The notes under the pieces were generated by a model that was not told the DNA's origin, searched no databases, and was given only the letters and a program-made list of their open reading frames with translations. From the NCBI GenBank assembly GCA_944332475.1, contig CALVKA010000002.1, positions 449-64,448 on the forward strand: a stretch of DNA of 64,000 nucleotides, written 5' to 3'. This stretch comes from an uncultured Bacilli bacterium (GTDB lineage: Bacteria; Bacillota_I; Bacilli_A; RF39; UBA660). Every line of letters begins with the position of its first letter. Within the stretch, counting starts at the first letter, position 1. The translations under genes were made by a program, and so were the position numbers. Positions 10,743-20,717 of the stretch are shown piece by piece.

Positions 10743-11495
10743 TTAACCTTCTAATTCATACATGATTACACTCAATACATTTAACGCTACAGTCTCAGTT
10801 CTTAGTATTCTTTTCCCAAGTGTAACAGTCACCACATTTTTATTTTCTTGTATCATTTCAACTTCCCGAGAAGATAATCCTCCTTCTGGCCCTATTATTA
10901 CTGCTATTTTTATTTCATTTTCCCCATATTTTTCTTTCATTACTTTTAGAACTTCACTTAATTTTATTTTTTCCTCTTTTTCATATGTTAATATTACCAC
11001 ATCATATTTAAAAAGCATTTTACATATATCTTTTAACGATTTTATACCTGCTACTTTAGGTATAAAATTTCTATCACATTGTTTTGCCGAAACTTCAGCA
11101 ATTTTTTGCCATTTCTCCTGCTTTTTGTATTTATCTTTTTCTTCATATTTTACATTACATCTTTCCATTTCTACCGGTTGTATTTTATAAGCACCTAACT
11201 CTACCGATTTTTGAATTACTAAATCCATTTTGTCTTTTTCAGGTAATCCTTGCATGATTGTTACCTTTATATTTGACTTAAAATCTTCTAACTCTCTTAC
11301 TATTTTACATTCAATCATTTCATTCTCTATTTTTTTAATATCACACAAATAGGTTTTTTCATTATTACTATTACAAACAATTATCTCATCTTCAACTTTT
11401 TGTTTTAAAACTTTTTTTATATAATCTACATCTGCTCCCCGAATTTTTACTATATTGTTTTCTATTTGTTCATCTCTTACAAAAAACTTCGACAT
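10743..11495 (-). CDS. rsmE: 16S rRNA (uracil1498-N3)-methyltransferase RsmE
   Basis: 250 aa. Family-typical N-terminus MSKFFV and C-terminal SPOUT signature IIGPEGGLS..E......V.LGKRILRTET. Confidence 0.8.
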   Translation of the reverse strand: MSKFFVRDEQIENNIVKIRGADVDYIKKVLKQKVEDEIIVCNSNNEKTYLCDIKKIENEMIECKIVRELEDFKSNIKVTIMQGLPEKDKMDLVIQKSVELGAYKIQPVEMERCNVKYEEKDKYKKQEKWQKIAEVSAKQCDRNFIPKVAGIKSLKDICKMLFKYDVVILTYEKEEKIKLSEVLKVMKEKYGENEIKIAVIIGPEGGLSSREVEMIQENKNVVTVTLGKRILRTETVALNVLSVIMYELEG

Positions 11496-11886
11496 ATCAT
11501 TCTCCTTTATACTAAAATATTATAACACATTATTTTTAAATACGAACTTTCAACTGTTATATTATGAACTTTAAAATTTTTTATAACACCCTTCACTTTC
11601 ATACATTACACCAGTTAAAAAATATTAACAATAACTATTTATGTTCTAACAACATTTCAAACATATAGTTTATTTACTTCTATATTATTTTAAATCAAAA
11701 AGATAAAAAAGTTCGAAGCCTCTTATATCCACATCCATAAACCAGAACAAAAAAAACTATGTATGTTAATAGAATAAATATAAATTCAGATTTTAATTTT
11801 CTTTTTTCTATAAAAATCAACAAAAAATTAATTTTAATATTCCTTTTTCTATATTTTTATGTTATACTTATTAAGTAACTTGACTT

Positions 11887-11962
11887 GGACTGTTAGCTCA
11901 GTTGGTAGAGCAACTGACTCTTAATCAGTGGGTCTAGGGTTCGAATCCCTAACAGTCCACCA
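11887..11962 (+). tRNA. tRNA-Lys(CUU): tRNA-Lys (anticodon CUU)
   Basis: Acceptor GGACTGT/ACAGTCC, anticodon stem ACTGA/TCAGT, loop CT-CTT-AA, encoded CCA. Confidence 0.85.
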
Positions 11963-11974
11963 TAAAGAAATATA

Positions 11975-12001
11975 ATCTAACTACATAGTTAGATTTTTTT
12001 A
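11975..12001 (+). terminator. rho-independent terminator after tRNA-Lys
   Basis: ATCTAACT-ACAT-AGTTAGAT followed by TTTTTTTAT. Confidence 0.65.
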
Positions 12002-12037
12002 TAAGAAACAAAAAAGTTCTATTGTCAAATAGAGCTT

Positions 12038-12640
12038 TTATTTTGCTAAAAAGACGCGAAATAACTTTTCGCTATATAAATCTTGATCTAGTTCCAACAT
12101 TCTCTCTGGATGCCATTGTACACCGATTTGAAAATAATGATCAGGGTTTTCCACGGCTTCAATCAAACCGTCATCAGACTGAGCCACAACATCAAAATTC
12201 CCACCATCTAAAACAGTAAAGTTATGGAAAGAATTCACTCGAACATAATCCTCCCCTAAAATTTGATATAACCTACTATCTTTTTTAATCGCAACAAAAT
12301 GATGATAACCATCATGTTCTAAATTATGTTCAACATCTCCAATTCCAACCAAATCTCTTCCCGTTTTCCATAAAACCATAGACTGCATTCCCTGACAAAT
12401 ACCAAGTAATCGTAACTGATGTTTAACAGCATAATCGATTAAGAAAAAATCCCAGGGACCTACAACATCTCCACCTGGTAATAAAATACCATCTACATCT
12501 TTTAACTTTTCTAAAAACACATCTTTTGAATCTTCATCACGAACAGTAACTACCTCACCACCAAAACGCGTAATCGCATTTTGATAAAAGTGATTCCTAA
12601 CTTCATCATTTTCAGGACGAAGCAATAATAAAACCTTCAT
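12038..12640 (-). CDS. class I glutamine amidotransferase / gamma-glutamyl hydrolase-like (peptidase C26 family)
   Basis: 200 aa. Nucleophile elbow LGICQGMQ and His-Glu pair in VQWHPER. Confidence 0.75.
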   Translation of the reverse strand: MKVLLLLRPENDEVRNHFYQNAITRFGGEVVTVRDEDSKDVFLEKLKDVDGILLPGGDVVGPWDFFLIDYAVKHQLRLLGICQGMQSMVLWKTGRDLVGIGDVEHNLEHDGYHHFVAIKKDSRLYQILGEDYVRVNSFHNFTVLDGGNFDVVAQSDDGLIEAVENPDHYFQIGVQWHPERMLELDQDLYSEKLFRVFLAK

Positions 12641-12654
12641 AATAGAAAAGAAGT

Positions 12655-13881
12655 TTATCTCAACTTCCCTTTCATACCTTTTAAACCATTTACTCCTCCA
12701 TGAGCAGCAAAACCTTGAAGAATATTAGTTTCAAAAGAATGAGTTTTACTAACTCGTTTTTTATAATCCTTAACACCAATATTAATCATCTCATCCAATA
12801 CAGAAGAAAAATCAATACCTTTTGCTTCCCATAAATAGAATGCTAAACTACCAGGAATAGAATTAATCTCATTAACATAAACTTTATTTTTTTCACTATC
12901 AATCAAAAAGTCAATTCTACTATTTCCAGAAGAACCAAGTGCCCTAAATGCTTTAACAGCAATATCTTCTACTTCTTTTCTAACTTTTGCAGGTAAATCA
13001 GCTGGTAACTTTCTATTAGCAGAAGCCATACCTTTAGAAGTTCCCTTCATAGGTACTTTTCCACCTTTTAATTTACCACCTTTGCCACCACCAATATATT
13101 TATCTGCATATGTTAAAAATTTATGTCCAGAAAGAACTTCTTCAATCTCACTAACTTTTTGACGTTCATAATTACCCATAACCGCAATATTAACTTCTTT
13201 TAAATTTTGAACAACTTCTTCCACTAAAATCTTCTTATCATATTGAATAGCATCATCAATCGCATCAATTAACTCCTCACGATTACTACAAACCGCAATA
13301 CCTACACTAGAACCAGTAGTAGCAGGTTTAACAATCACAGGATAATCTAGTTTTTCTACCTTTTCAACAACTGCATCGCTATCTTGTTTATAATCAATAT
13401 CATAAAACCAAACATAATCTGTCATAGGAAGTTTGGAATTCTTCCAAATATCTTTCATAAACACCTTATCCTGTCCTACAACAGATGCATATACATCACT
13501 ACCAACAAAAGGAATACCGATAGTTTGTAAATAGCCCTGTAAACCACCATCTTCTACATTTGTTCCATGAACAACTGGTAAAACAATATCCACTTCTGTA
13601 ACAATAGTTCTAGGGAACGTTTTCTTTTGTAATACAAATGCTCCCTTTCTATAATATAAAACAACATTCTTACCATACTTTTGAATTAAAGATAAATCTT
13701 GATACACTTCGATATCTTTTAACATTTCCCCAGTATACCATTCTCTATCCTTTGTAATATAAATTGGAATAATATCATATTTTTCTTGATCCAATTTATT
13801 CATTGCTTGCATAGCAGAAATAATACTAACTTCATGTTCAACAGTTTCTCCACCAAAAATAACACCAACTTTAATTTTCAT
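12655..13881 (-). CDS. ddl: D-alanine--D-alanine ligase family ATP-grasp enzyme, long form with loop insertion
   Basis: 408 aa. N-terminus KVGVIFGGETVEHEVSIIS, HGTNVEDGGLQGYL, ATP-grasp core and C-terminal NEINSIPG. About 20 extra residues (GGGKGGKLKGGKVPMKGTSKGMASANRK) lie between the DKY and LPA positions. Confidence 0.8.
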   Translation of the reverse strand: MKIKVGVIFGGETVEHEVSIISAMQAMNKLDQEKYDIIPIYITKDREWYTGEMLKDIEVYQDLSLIQKYGKNVVLYYRKGAFVLQKKTFPRTIVTEVDIVLPVVHGTNVEDGGLQGYLQTIGIPFVGSDVYASVVGQDKVFMKDIWKNSKLPMTDYVWFYDIDYKQDSDAVVEKVEKLDYPVIVKPATTGSSVGIAVCSNREELIDAIDDAIQYDKKILVEEVVQNLKEVNIAVMGNYERQKVSEIEEVLSGHKFLTYADKYIGGGKGGKLKGGKVPMKGTSKGMASANRKLPADLPAKVRKEVEDIAVKAFRALGSSGNSRIDFLIDSEKNKVYVNEINSIPGSLAFYLWEAKGIDFSSVLDEMINIGVKDYKKRVSKTHSFETNILQGFAAHGGVNGLKGMKGKLR

Positions 13882-13892
13882 ATTCTCAACTC

Positions 13893-15506
13893 CTATTCAT
13901 TATATGTATCTGGCAAATCATTTTCAAAAAGTGCATAAACTTCTCCATCAGCAGCCAACCTTCCAATAAAAGGATATGCATCTCGAACATCATTCAATAC
14001 AATAATTCGATTCTTTTCAAACCCTTGAGAAAGTAATCCTTCTCGAATCGGTTTTGTTTTATGTTTTCCTATTAAAATAGCATAATCGGCAACATGAGCA
14101 ATCTGCTCCCCAAACTTTTTATTATATTGATCTTCTTTTTCTCCAAGTTCAATCATTCCTGGAGTAACAACAACTTTAACACCTGGCATCATACCAAGAA
14201 CTTTACAAGCATTTTCTGCTCCAACTGGATTAGAATTATAAGCATCATCTATTTGATAAAAATTACCAAGCCTCTTTAACTCTAAACGATGTTCCACCGG
14301 TCTAACCCCTTTTACAGCCTGCTGTAAATCAGAAATAGGAATATCAAATTCATATCCAAAAGCAAGACCAGCTAAAATATTATAAACATTATGATCTCCT
14401 AATAATCTAGTTTCAAAATGATATTCCTTATCATCACCAGGAAACTTCACATCAAACTCCGTTCCCCTATTAGAACATCTAATATGCATCGCTCGTACAT
14501 CTACATCAGGATTATCAATTCCAATCCAAATAACTTTTACTTTATTTTTCAACTGATAAGAAACTTGCTTAGGATCATCTCCATTTAATACCGCAAATCC
14601 ATCACTAGGAAGAGATTCAATAAGTTCAAACTTTCCATCGATAATATTCTGTTCGCTTCCAAACGTCTCCAAATGAGCAGTACCAATACGAGTTAAAATT
14701 CCATATTTAGGTCGAACCAACTTACAAAGTCCACGAATTTCCCCTTTTACATAAGCTCCCATTTCAGCAATAAAGATATCATTAAACTTCGTTAAATCAT
14801 TATTAATAGTCATAATAAGTCCATTATAAGTATTCAAATTTCTAGGTGATGGTAAAGCATTATATTTAATATTTAAAATATCACTTAAAATATTTTTACT
14901 ACTTGTTTTACCATAACTACCAGTAATACCAATAATCTTTAAACTAGGCATACTTTTTAATTTACTTTGAGCTTTATGTTTATAAAAATGATAAACCCCT
15001 CTTTCAATTGGATAATTAATAATATTAGCAACAAAAACAATAAATGGATTCAACACTATCATAATAGTTAATATAGTAAACATTCCCCAGACAAATTGAG
15101 GATTACCATTTTGCCATAGTAATAGACAAGTAGGAATCAAATACAAAATAGAAATCGTAACAATTAACCGACTCACCCTCTTAGTAACCACAAGAGGCTT
15201 TTTATTTTGGTCTTCTGCCAAACGATTTCGCCAAGCATAAGTTAAGAATAAAAACAAACCACTTAATACTAAAACTAAAATAATAGCAAACTTTTCTATA
15301 TCATAAACAACTAATAACCCTATTAAAGAAAGAAAACAAGCTGCCAAATCCAAATCCCAAAACAATTTAGCATTACGAAATACCCACTTTAAATAGCGAT
15401 TATTTTCATTATATAAATTTTGTTGTAACATATGTAAATATCTTCTAGTTTTACATACCAAACAAACAAATATGCAAAGTAATAAAAACAAATAAACAAT
15501 TATCAT
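13893..15506 (-). CDS. MurF-like Mur ligase with N-terminal 5-helix membrane domain
   Basis: 537 aa. Residues 1 to about 165 are hydrophobic helices. Then P-loop GITGSYGKTSSK, and a MurF-type C-terminal domain with DDAYNSNP and PGMIELG. Confidence 0.75.
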   Translation of the reverse strand: MIIVYLFLLLCIFVCLVCKTRRYLHMLQQNLYNENNRYLKWVFRNAKLFWDLDLAACFLSLIGLLVVYDIEKFAIILVLVLSGLFLFLTYAWRNRLAEDQNKKPLVVTKRVSRLIVTISILYLIPTCLLLWQNGNPQFVWGMFTILTIMIVLNPFIVFVANIINYPIERGVYHFYKHKAQSKLKSMPSLKIIGITGSYGKTSSKNILSDILNIKYNALPSPRNLNTYNGLIMTINNDLTKFNDIFIAEMGAYVKGEIRGLCKLVRPKYGILTRIGTAHLETFGSEQNIIDGKFELIESLPSDGFAVLNGDDPKQVSYQLKNKVKVIWIGIDNPDVDVRAMHIRCSNRGTEFDVKFPGDDKEYHFETRLLGDHNVYNILAGLAFGYEFDIPISDLQQAVKGVRPVEHRLELKRLGNFYQIDDAYNSNPVGAENACKVLGMMPGVKVVVTPGMIELGEKEDQYNKKFGEQIAHVADYAILIGKHKTKPIREGLLSQGFEKNRIIVLNDVRDAYPFIGRLAADGEVYALFENDLPDTYNE

Positions 15507-15515
15507 AAAAACCTC

Positions 15516-16256
15516 CTAAATAAAATTGTTAAGAATAGAAACTACTTGAGGTAAATTTTCTATATATGCATAATGCGTACCAGGAAGAACAATCAATGCC
15601 GCATCATACATCATATCTTCTAACATTTTTGCTTCTTCTACTGGTGCTTCTTCGTCTTGATCTCCCCATATTAACAACGTGGGCTCTTCAATCTGTTTAG
15701 CAAAACTCGACAAATCTTCATTCACAACTTCGACCAAAGTTTGTCTCATAATAGGACTAGCCGCTTTATAATCACGAGAACCAATATATTTTTTCATTTC
15801 TTCACCAATTTTATCCAATCCAGGCAAAGTTTTTAATTTCTTCAAAATTCTTGTAGATAATGGCAACTTCTTCTGCAACCGAATACAAGGACTACCAAAC
15901 AAAACCAATTTTTCAATAGGATGGTTAGAAGAATATTTAATTGCAACTCTACCACCAAAAGAATGTCCCATAACAATAGGCTTTTTTATTTTTAATTGTT
16001 TAACCAAATCTTCAATTAATAATACGTAATCGGTAATCGTCCAAGGTTTTGACGGTTCTTCACTTTCTCCAAAACCAGGAAAATCCAAAATTGTAATACG
16101 AAAACGATCAGAAAAATAATCACCTAAAAACTTCATCATCTGAATATTTTGTCCCCATCCATGAAGAAGCAAAATATCTTTTCCCTCACCATATTGTATG
16201 TAATTAACAGAAACTCCTCTAATATTTGTTTTCATATTATCACCTACTAGAAACAT
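15516..16256 (-). CDS. alpha/beta-fold hydrolase
   Basis: 246 aa. HGWGQN oxyanion region, nucleophile elbow GHSFGG and a C-terminal His (GTHYAY). Confidence 0.75.
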   Translation of the reverse strand: MFLVGDNMKTNIRGVSVNYIQYGEGKDILLLHGWGQNIQMMKFLGDYFSDRFRITILDFPGFGESEEPSKPWTITDYVLLIEDLVKQLKIKKPIVMGHSFGGRVAIKYSSNHPIEKLVLFGSPCIRLQKKLPLSTRILKKLKTLPGLDKIGEEMKKYIGSRDYKAASPIMRQTLVEVVNEDLSSFAKQIEEPTLLIWGDQDEEAPVEEAKMLEDMMYDAALIVLPGTHYAYIENLPQVVSILNNFI

Positions 16257-16335
16257 TATAGCATAAAACCATTAAACTTACCAAAAATAAGAACGAAAAC
16301 AATAAAAACAAAGTAAAGAAGACAAAAAAAAGAGG

Positions 16336-16692
16336 CTACTTATCCTCTTTCTCATCTTCATGAATTTGATCAATGATTTTTTCTATATGTTCTCCATAAG
16401 CAATAGAAGTATCATAAATAAATTTAAGTTCTGGAGTATGCCTTATATCGATACGTTCTGCAAGTTTACTACGAATAAAAGAACTTGCTCCTTCTAAGGC
16501 TTCTAAAACAACATCCTTCTTATCTTCTTCTAATACAGTAAAATATACTTTACAATAACTGTAATCACTACTAGTGTCACAATCCGTAATCGTTACAAAC
16601 TTCAAATCTTCATCTCTTACTTCTTCCATCAAAATAACACTAATTTCTTGTTGAATCAAATGATTAAGTCTTTCTATTTTAATACTTGCCAT
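16336..16692 (-). CDS. rbfA: ribosome-binding factor A
   Basis: 118 aa. Position after infB and the family pattern ...VTITDC..S.D...CKVYF.... Confidence 0.85.
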   Translation of the reverse strand: MASIKIERLNHLIQQEISVILMEEVRDEDLKFVTITDCDTSSDYSYCKVYFTVLEEDKKDVVLEALEGASSFIRSKLAERIDIRHTPELKFIYDTSIAYGEHIEKIIDQIHEDEKEDK

Positions 16693-16715
16693 AATAGTTT
16701 CCTCCTATCTGGTAT

Positions 16716-18854
16716 CTATCTTTTTACTTCTACTAAATCGTATATTTCTATGATATCTCCTTCTTTATAATCTTGGCAATTTTCTAAAGTAATACCACAG
16801 TCCATTCCTTTCGTAACTTCTTTTACTTGATCTTTCTCATGTTGCAAAGTATTAACAGCTCCATTATAAACAACAACATCATCACGAATAATACGAGCCT
16901 TTTCATTATTACGAACAGCACCATTAACAACATGACACCCAGCAATCAAACCAACTTTAGAAAATTTAAAGATTTGACGAACTTCAAGTTTACCAGTAAC
17001 CTGTTCTTCATATTCAGGATCAAGCATTCCTTTCATAGCATCTTCCATATCTTCAACAACTTTATAAATAATATCATAAGTTCTAATTTCAACACCATAT
17101 TCTTTTGCATCATCCTGAGCTTGACTATTCGCACGAACATTAAATCCAATAATAATAGCATCACTTGCTCTAGCTAAAACAATATCACTTTCCGTAATAC
17201 CACCAACAGCACCACGAATGACATTAATTTTAACACCTTCCACATCAATTTTTTCTAATGCCCCACGAACAGCTTCTAAACTTCCATTAACATCAGCCTT
17301 TAAAACAACATTAATTTCTTTTACCCCTTCTTGAATACGTCCAAATAAATCTTCTAAAGATAGTCCACTTAAATTTGTATCTTTCTCTCTAACTCTTAAA
17401 CGCCTTTCTTCTGCGATATGTTTCGCCTGTTTTTCTGATTCGAAAGCCATAAACTTATCACCGGCATTTGGAACATCACTAAGCCCTGTAACCTCTACAG
17501 GTGTAGATGGAGTAGCTTCTACCACGTTTTGACCCAAATCATTTCTTAAAGTACGAACTTTACCATAAATTGTACCAACAACAATAGGATCTCCTAAACG
17601 AAGTGTACCATTTTGAATAAGTAAAGTAGCAACAGATCCAACCTTACTATTCTTCTTAGATTCAACAACAACACCACTAGCATAACGTGATGGATTAGCC
17701 TTATACTCTTGCATCTCAGCAATTAATAAAATATTTTCAAGTAATTCATCGACACCTTCTCCAGTAACAGCAGAAATCTTATTAACAATAACATCTCCAC
17801 CCCACTCCTCTGGAGTAAGTCCATGCTCAACCAACCCAGTCATAACACGATCAACATTAGCATCTGGTTTATCAATCTTATTAATCGCAACAATAATAGG
17901 AACTCCTGCAGCCTTTGCATGATCGATAGCTTCCACCGTTTGAGGCATAACACCATCATCCGCTGCAACAATAATAATAACAATATCAGTAATAGAGGCC
18001 CCACGTGCTCTCATCTCAGTAAAAGCAGCATGTCCTGGAGTATCAATAAAAGTAATCTTCTTACCATTACAAGTAACAGAATAAGCACCAATTGCTTGTG
18101 TAATACCACCAGCTTCACCTGATGCTACATTACTTTTACGAATCATATCTAATAAAGTTGTTTTTCCATGATCAACATGACCCATAATGGTAACAACAGG
18201 AGGTCTTTCTACCAAATCTTCTTCCTTATCTTCAATTTCAAAATTTTCAAAATTAGAAATATCAGCCGTCTCTTCTTTTTTCAATGTTTTGTTATAGTCA
18301 GCAACAACAACTTCAGCCGTTTCAAAATCAATAGACTGATTAATATTAGCCATAACACCAAGTCCCATTAACTTCTTAACCAATTCAACTGGTGCCACCT
18401 CTAACAATCCAGCAAGCTCTGATACAGTCATACCATCCTTATATAAAACAACATGCTCATCAGGAGTTGCTTCATTCTTCTGTAATTTTTCACGATGTTT
18501 GTAAATCTTTTTTCTCTCTTTAAAGAAATCAGATTTTTTTGTATCATTTTTCTTTTGTGATTTTGGTTTTACCTTTTCAAAAGAAGTGGAATTATCTAAA
18601 TCAAATTTTGTGTTCATAGCCAACTCTTCAGCTTTATCATAAACCTTTTCTTCGTATAACCTAGATTCTAAATCCTCAATATCTCCCTCAACATAATCTT
18701 CCTGATCCTGTAATTCATTATCCAGTAAAATAATGTCTGTTTCATCTAAAGGTGTCGTCTCATCTTTATATTCGATTCCAATCTTATCACATAAAGCCTT
18801 GATTTCCTCAACTGTCTTGCCAACATCCAATGCATAATCTTCGATATTCATCAT
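16716..18854 (-). CDS. infB: translation initiation factor IF-2
   Basis: 712 aa. GTPase motifs [17 protein letters not shown] and NKID, plus C-terminal IF-2 domains. Confidence 0.95.
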   Translation of the reverse strand: MMNIEDYALDVGKTVEEIKALCDKIGIEYKDETTPLDETDIILLDNELQDQEDYVEGDIEDLESRLYEEKVYDKAEELAMNTKFDLDNSTSFEKVKPKSQKKNDTKKSDFFKERKKIYKHREKLQKNEATPDEHVVLYKDGMTVSELAGLLEVAPVELVKKLMGLGVMANINQSIDFETAEVVVADYNKTLKKEETADISNFENFEIEDKEEDLVERPPVVTIMGHVDHGKTTLLDMIRKSNVASGEAGGITQAIGAYSVTCNGKKITFIDTPGHAAFTEMRARGASITDIVIIIVAADDGVMPQTVEAIDHAKAAGVPIIVAINKIDKPDANVDRVMTGLVEHGLTPEEWGGDVIVNKISAVTGEGVDELLENILLIAEMQEYKANPSRYASGVVVESKKNSKVGSVATLLIQNGTLRLGDPIVVGTIYGKVRTLRNDLGQNVVEATPSTPVEVTGLSDVPNAGDKFMAFESEKQAKHIAEERRLRVREKDTNLSGLSLEDLFGRIQEGVKEINVVLKADVNGSLEAVRGALEKIDVEGVKINVIRGAVGGITESDIVLARASDAIIIGFNVRANSQAQDDAKEYGVEIRTYDIIYKVVEDMEDAMKGMLDPEYEEQVTGKLEVRQIFKFSKVGLIAGCHVVNGAVRNNEKARIIRDDVVVYNGAVNTLQHEKDQVKEVTKGMDCGITLENCQDYKEGDIIEIYDLVEVKR

Positions 18855-18869
18855 TTTACTTCACCTCCA

Positions 18870-19133
18870 TTATTTTTCTAATTTTTCTTTTATATCATCA
18901 TATACACTCTCTTCTATCGTACACTCTAAATGTCGTTCTAAGATTTTTTTCTTTTTTGCTTGTTCTAAAACTTGCACATCTTTTTTAATATATGCACCTC
19001 GACCATTCAACTTTCCACTTTCATCAACAACAACCTCACCGCTTGGAGTACGAACGATACGAAGCAATTCTTTTTTAGGTAATTTCTCTTTTGTAACAAC
19101 ACAAGTCCTTAAAGGTATCTTCTTTACTTTCAT
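18870..19133 (-). CDS. ylxR: YlxR/RnpM family RNA-binding protein (DUF448)
   Basis: 87 aa. Motifs PLRTCV and GRGAYI, positioned between nusA and infB. Confidence 0.85.
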   Translation of the reverse strand: MKVKKIPLRTCVVTKEKLPKKELLRIVRTPSGEVVVDESGKLNGRGAYIKKDVQVLEQAKKKKILERHLECTIEESVYDDIKEKLEK

Positions 19134-19152
19134 AAACCCTCCTTACCAACAA

Positions 19153-20322
19153 TTATCTAAAGTTAATGCCAGCCTCTCTCGCTTGCTCTGTTGTCTTAAT
19201 ATCAATCTTATAATGCGTAAGCTTGCTAGCAAGACGAGCATTTTGACCTTTCTTACCGATAGCCAATGAGAAATTATCACCATCAGCAATAACCATAGCT
19301 TCTTGTTTCTTAGGATCTGTAATGCAAACTGTTAAATCCTTAGCAGGACTTAAAGCATTCTCGATAAAGACCGCTGGATCCTTATCATACTTAACAACAT
19401 CTAATTTTTCTCCATGTAACTCTTCGATAATACGAGCAATTCTACTACCCTTTTCACCAATACAAGCACCAATTGGATCAACATTAGAATATTCAGAATA
19501 AACAGCAACTTTACTTCTGTTTCCTGGATCTCTTGCTACACTATAAATCATAATAGTTCCATCAGAAAGTTCAGGAATTTCAAGTTCAAATAGTCTCTTA
19601 ACAAAACCATAATGACTTCTACTTAATAAAATAAGTAAATTTTTACCATTATTATCAACTTTAGTAACATAAACTTTTATCTGAGAACCCATTTCAATTT
19701 TTTCACCAGGAATAATATCTTTCTTAGGTAAAATTCCATTCGTACGACCTAAATCAATAAAATAATTATCCGTATCTTCCAAAGCAACAGTACCTACTAA
19801 CAATTCATCTTGTTTATCACCAAATTCTTCCATAATACTATTTCTTTCCGCTTCACGAATCTTTTGAATAACAACTTGTTTAGCCGTAGAAGTAGCAACT
19901 CTACCAAAATCTTTTGGAGTAACTTCTTTATCAATAGTATCTCCAACCTCAAGAGTCTTATCCATCTTTTTAGCATCGCTCAATTTTATTTCTACATCAG
20001 GATTAAAGTAGCTATATTCCTCTTTCTCGGAATCATCTTCTTCAACTTCTTCCTCATCATCGTCATCCGTATAATGTTCAAATAAATAATCTTCATATTC
20101 CTCTTTTGTCATCTTATCATCAGGTACAACTGTTAAATAAGAATAAACTTTAATATCTCCCGTATTACGATCAAATAATACTTTTACATTAGTCTTAGAA
20201 TTAAAATTCTTTTTATAAGCAGATGTAAGTGCTAATTCCATAGCATCATAAACTACTTCTGGATCAATATTTTTCTCTTTTACAATATTATTCAATGCTG
20301 TCAAAAATTCTTTTCCATTCAT
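19153..20322 (-). CDS. nusA: transcription termination/antitermination factor NusA
   Basis: 389 aa. NusA N-terminal domain, S1 and two KH domains (GACIG.KGSRI, AIGKKGQNARLA). An acidic insertion DDDDEEEVEEDDSEKEE follows the N-terminal domain. Confidence 0.9.
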   Translation of the reverse strand: MNGKEFLTALNNIVKEKNIDPEVVYDAMELALTSAYKKNFNSKTNVKVLFDRNTGDIKVYSYLTVVPDDKMTKEEYEDYLFEHYTDDDDEEEVEEDDSEKEEYSYFNPDVEIKLSDAKKMDKTLEVGDTIDKEVTPKDFGRVATSTAKQVVIQKIREAERNSIMEEFGDKQDELLVGTVALEDTDNYFIDLGRTNGILPKKDIIPGEKIEMGSQIKVYVTKVDNNGKNLLILLSRSHYGFVKRLFELEIPELSDGTIMIYSVARDPGNRSKVAVYSEYSNVDPIGACIGEKGSRIARIIEELHGEKLDVVKYDKDPAVFIENALSPAKDLTVCITDPKKQEAMVIADGDNFSLAIGKKGQNARLASKLTHYKIDIKTTEQAREAGINFR

Positions 20323-20323
20323 T

Positions 20324-20575
20324 TTAATCGTCTCCCTTCTCTTTAGAATAAATATCTACTTCATAAATATTATCATCTAATACTTGATTATCATCAATAA
20401 GTTTGTTGATTACTCTAGAAGCTTCCGTAATTAATTTTAAATCAATAGTATTAGGACTATCTAATACAATATTTAAAATATCCTTTCCCTCTTCCGTAGA
20501 CACATAAACATCATCCACAAAAACATGAAATTGAGAAATTTCGTCTCTCACCAAATTAATAATTTTTTCTTTCAT
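20324..20575 (-). CDS. rimP: ribosome maturation factor RimP, short form (N-terminal domain only)
   Basis: 83 aa. Strong SD (AGGAGGTGA), and the stop abuts the nusA start. The sequence resembles only the RimP N-terminal alpha/beta domain. Confidence 0.6.
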   Translation of the reverse strand: MKEKIINLVRDEISQFHVFVDDVYVSTEEGKDILNIVLDSPNTIDLKLITEASRVINKLIDDNQVLDDNIYEVDIYSKEKGDD

Positions 20576-20717
20576 ACTTCACCTCCTAGAAATAATAAGA
20601 GTGGGATTTTTTCTTTCCCACTCCTTTCTGTACATAGTATAGCATACTTTTTGTAAAATACCAATAAATATCTTTAATTTTAACATTTTTTATGCTATTC
20701 TTTAATAAGGTGATAGT

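Noticed and set aside
11496-11886. 390-nt AT-rich intergenic region as a possible ncRNA or small-gene locus
   Set aside because: I could find no SD-led ORF, conserved riboswitch core or stable hairpin by eye. It probably just holds the divergent promoters of rsmE and tRNA-Lys.
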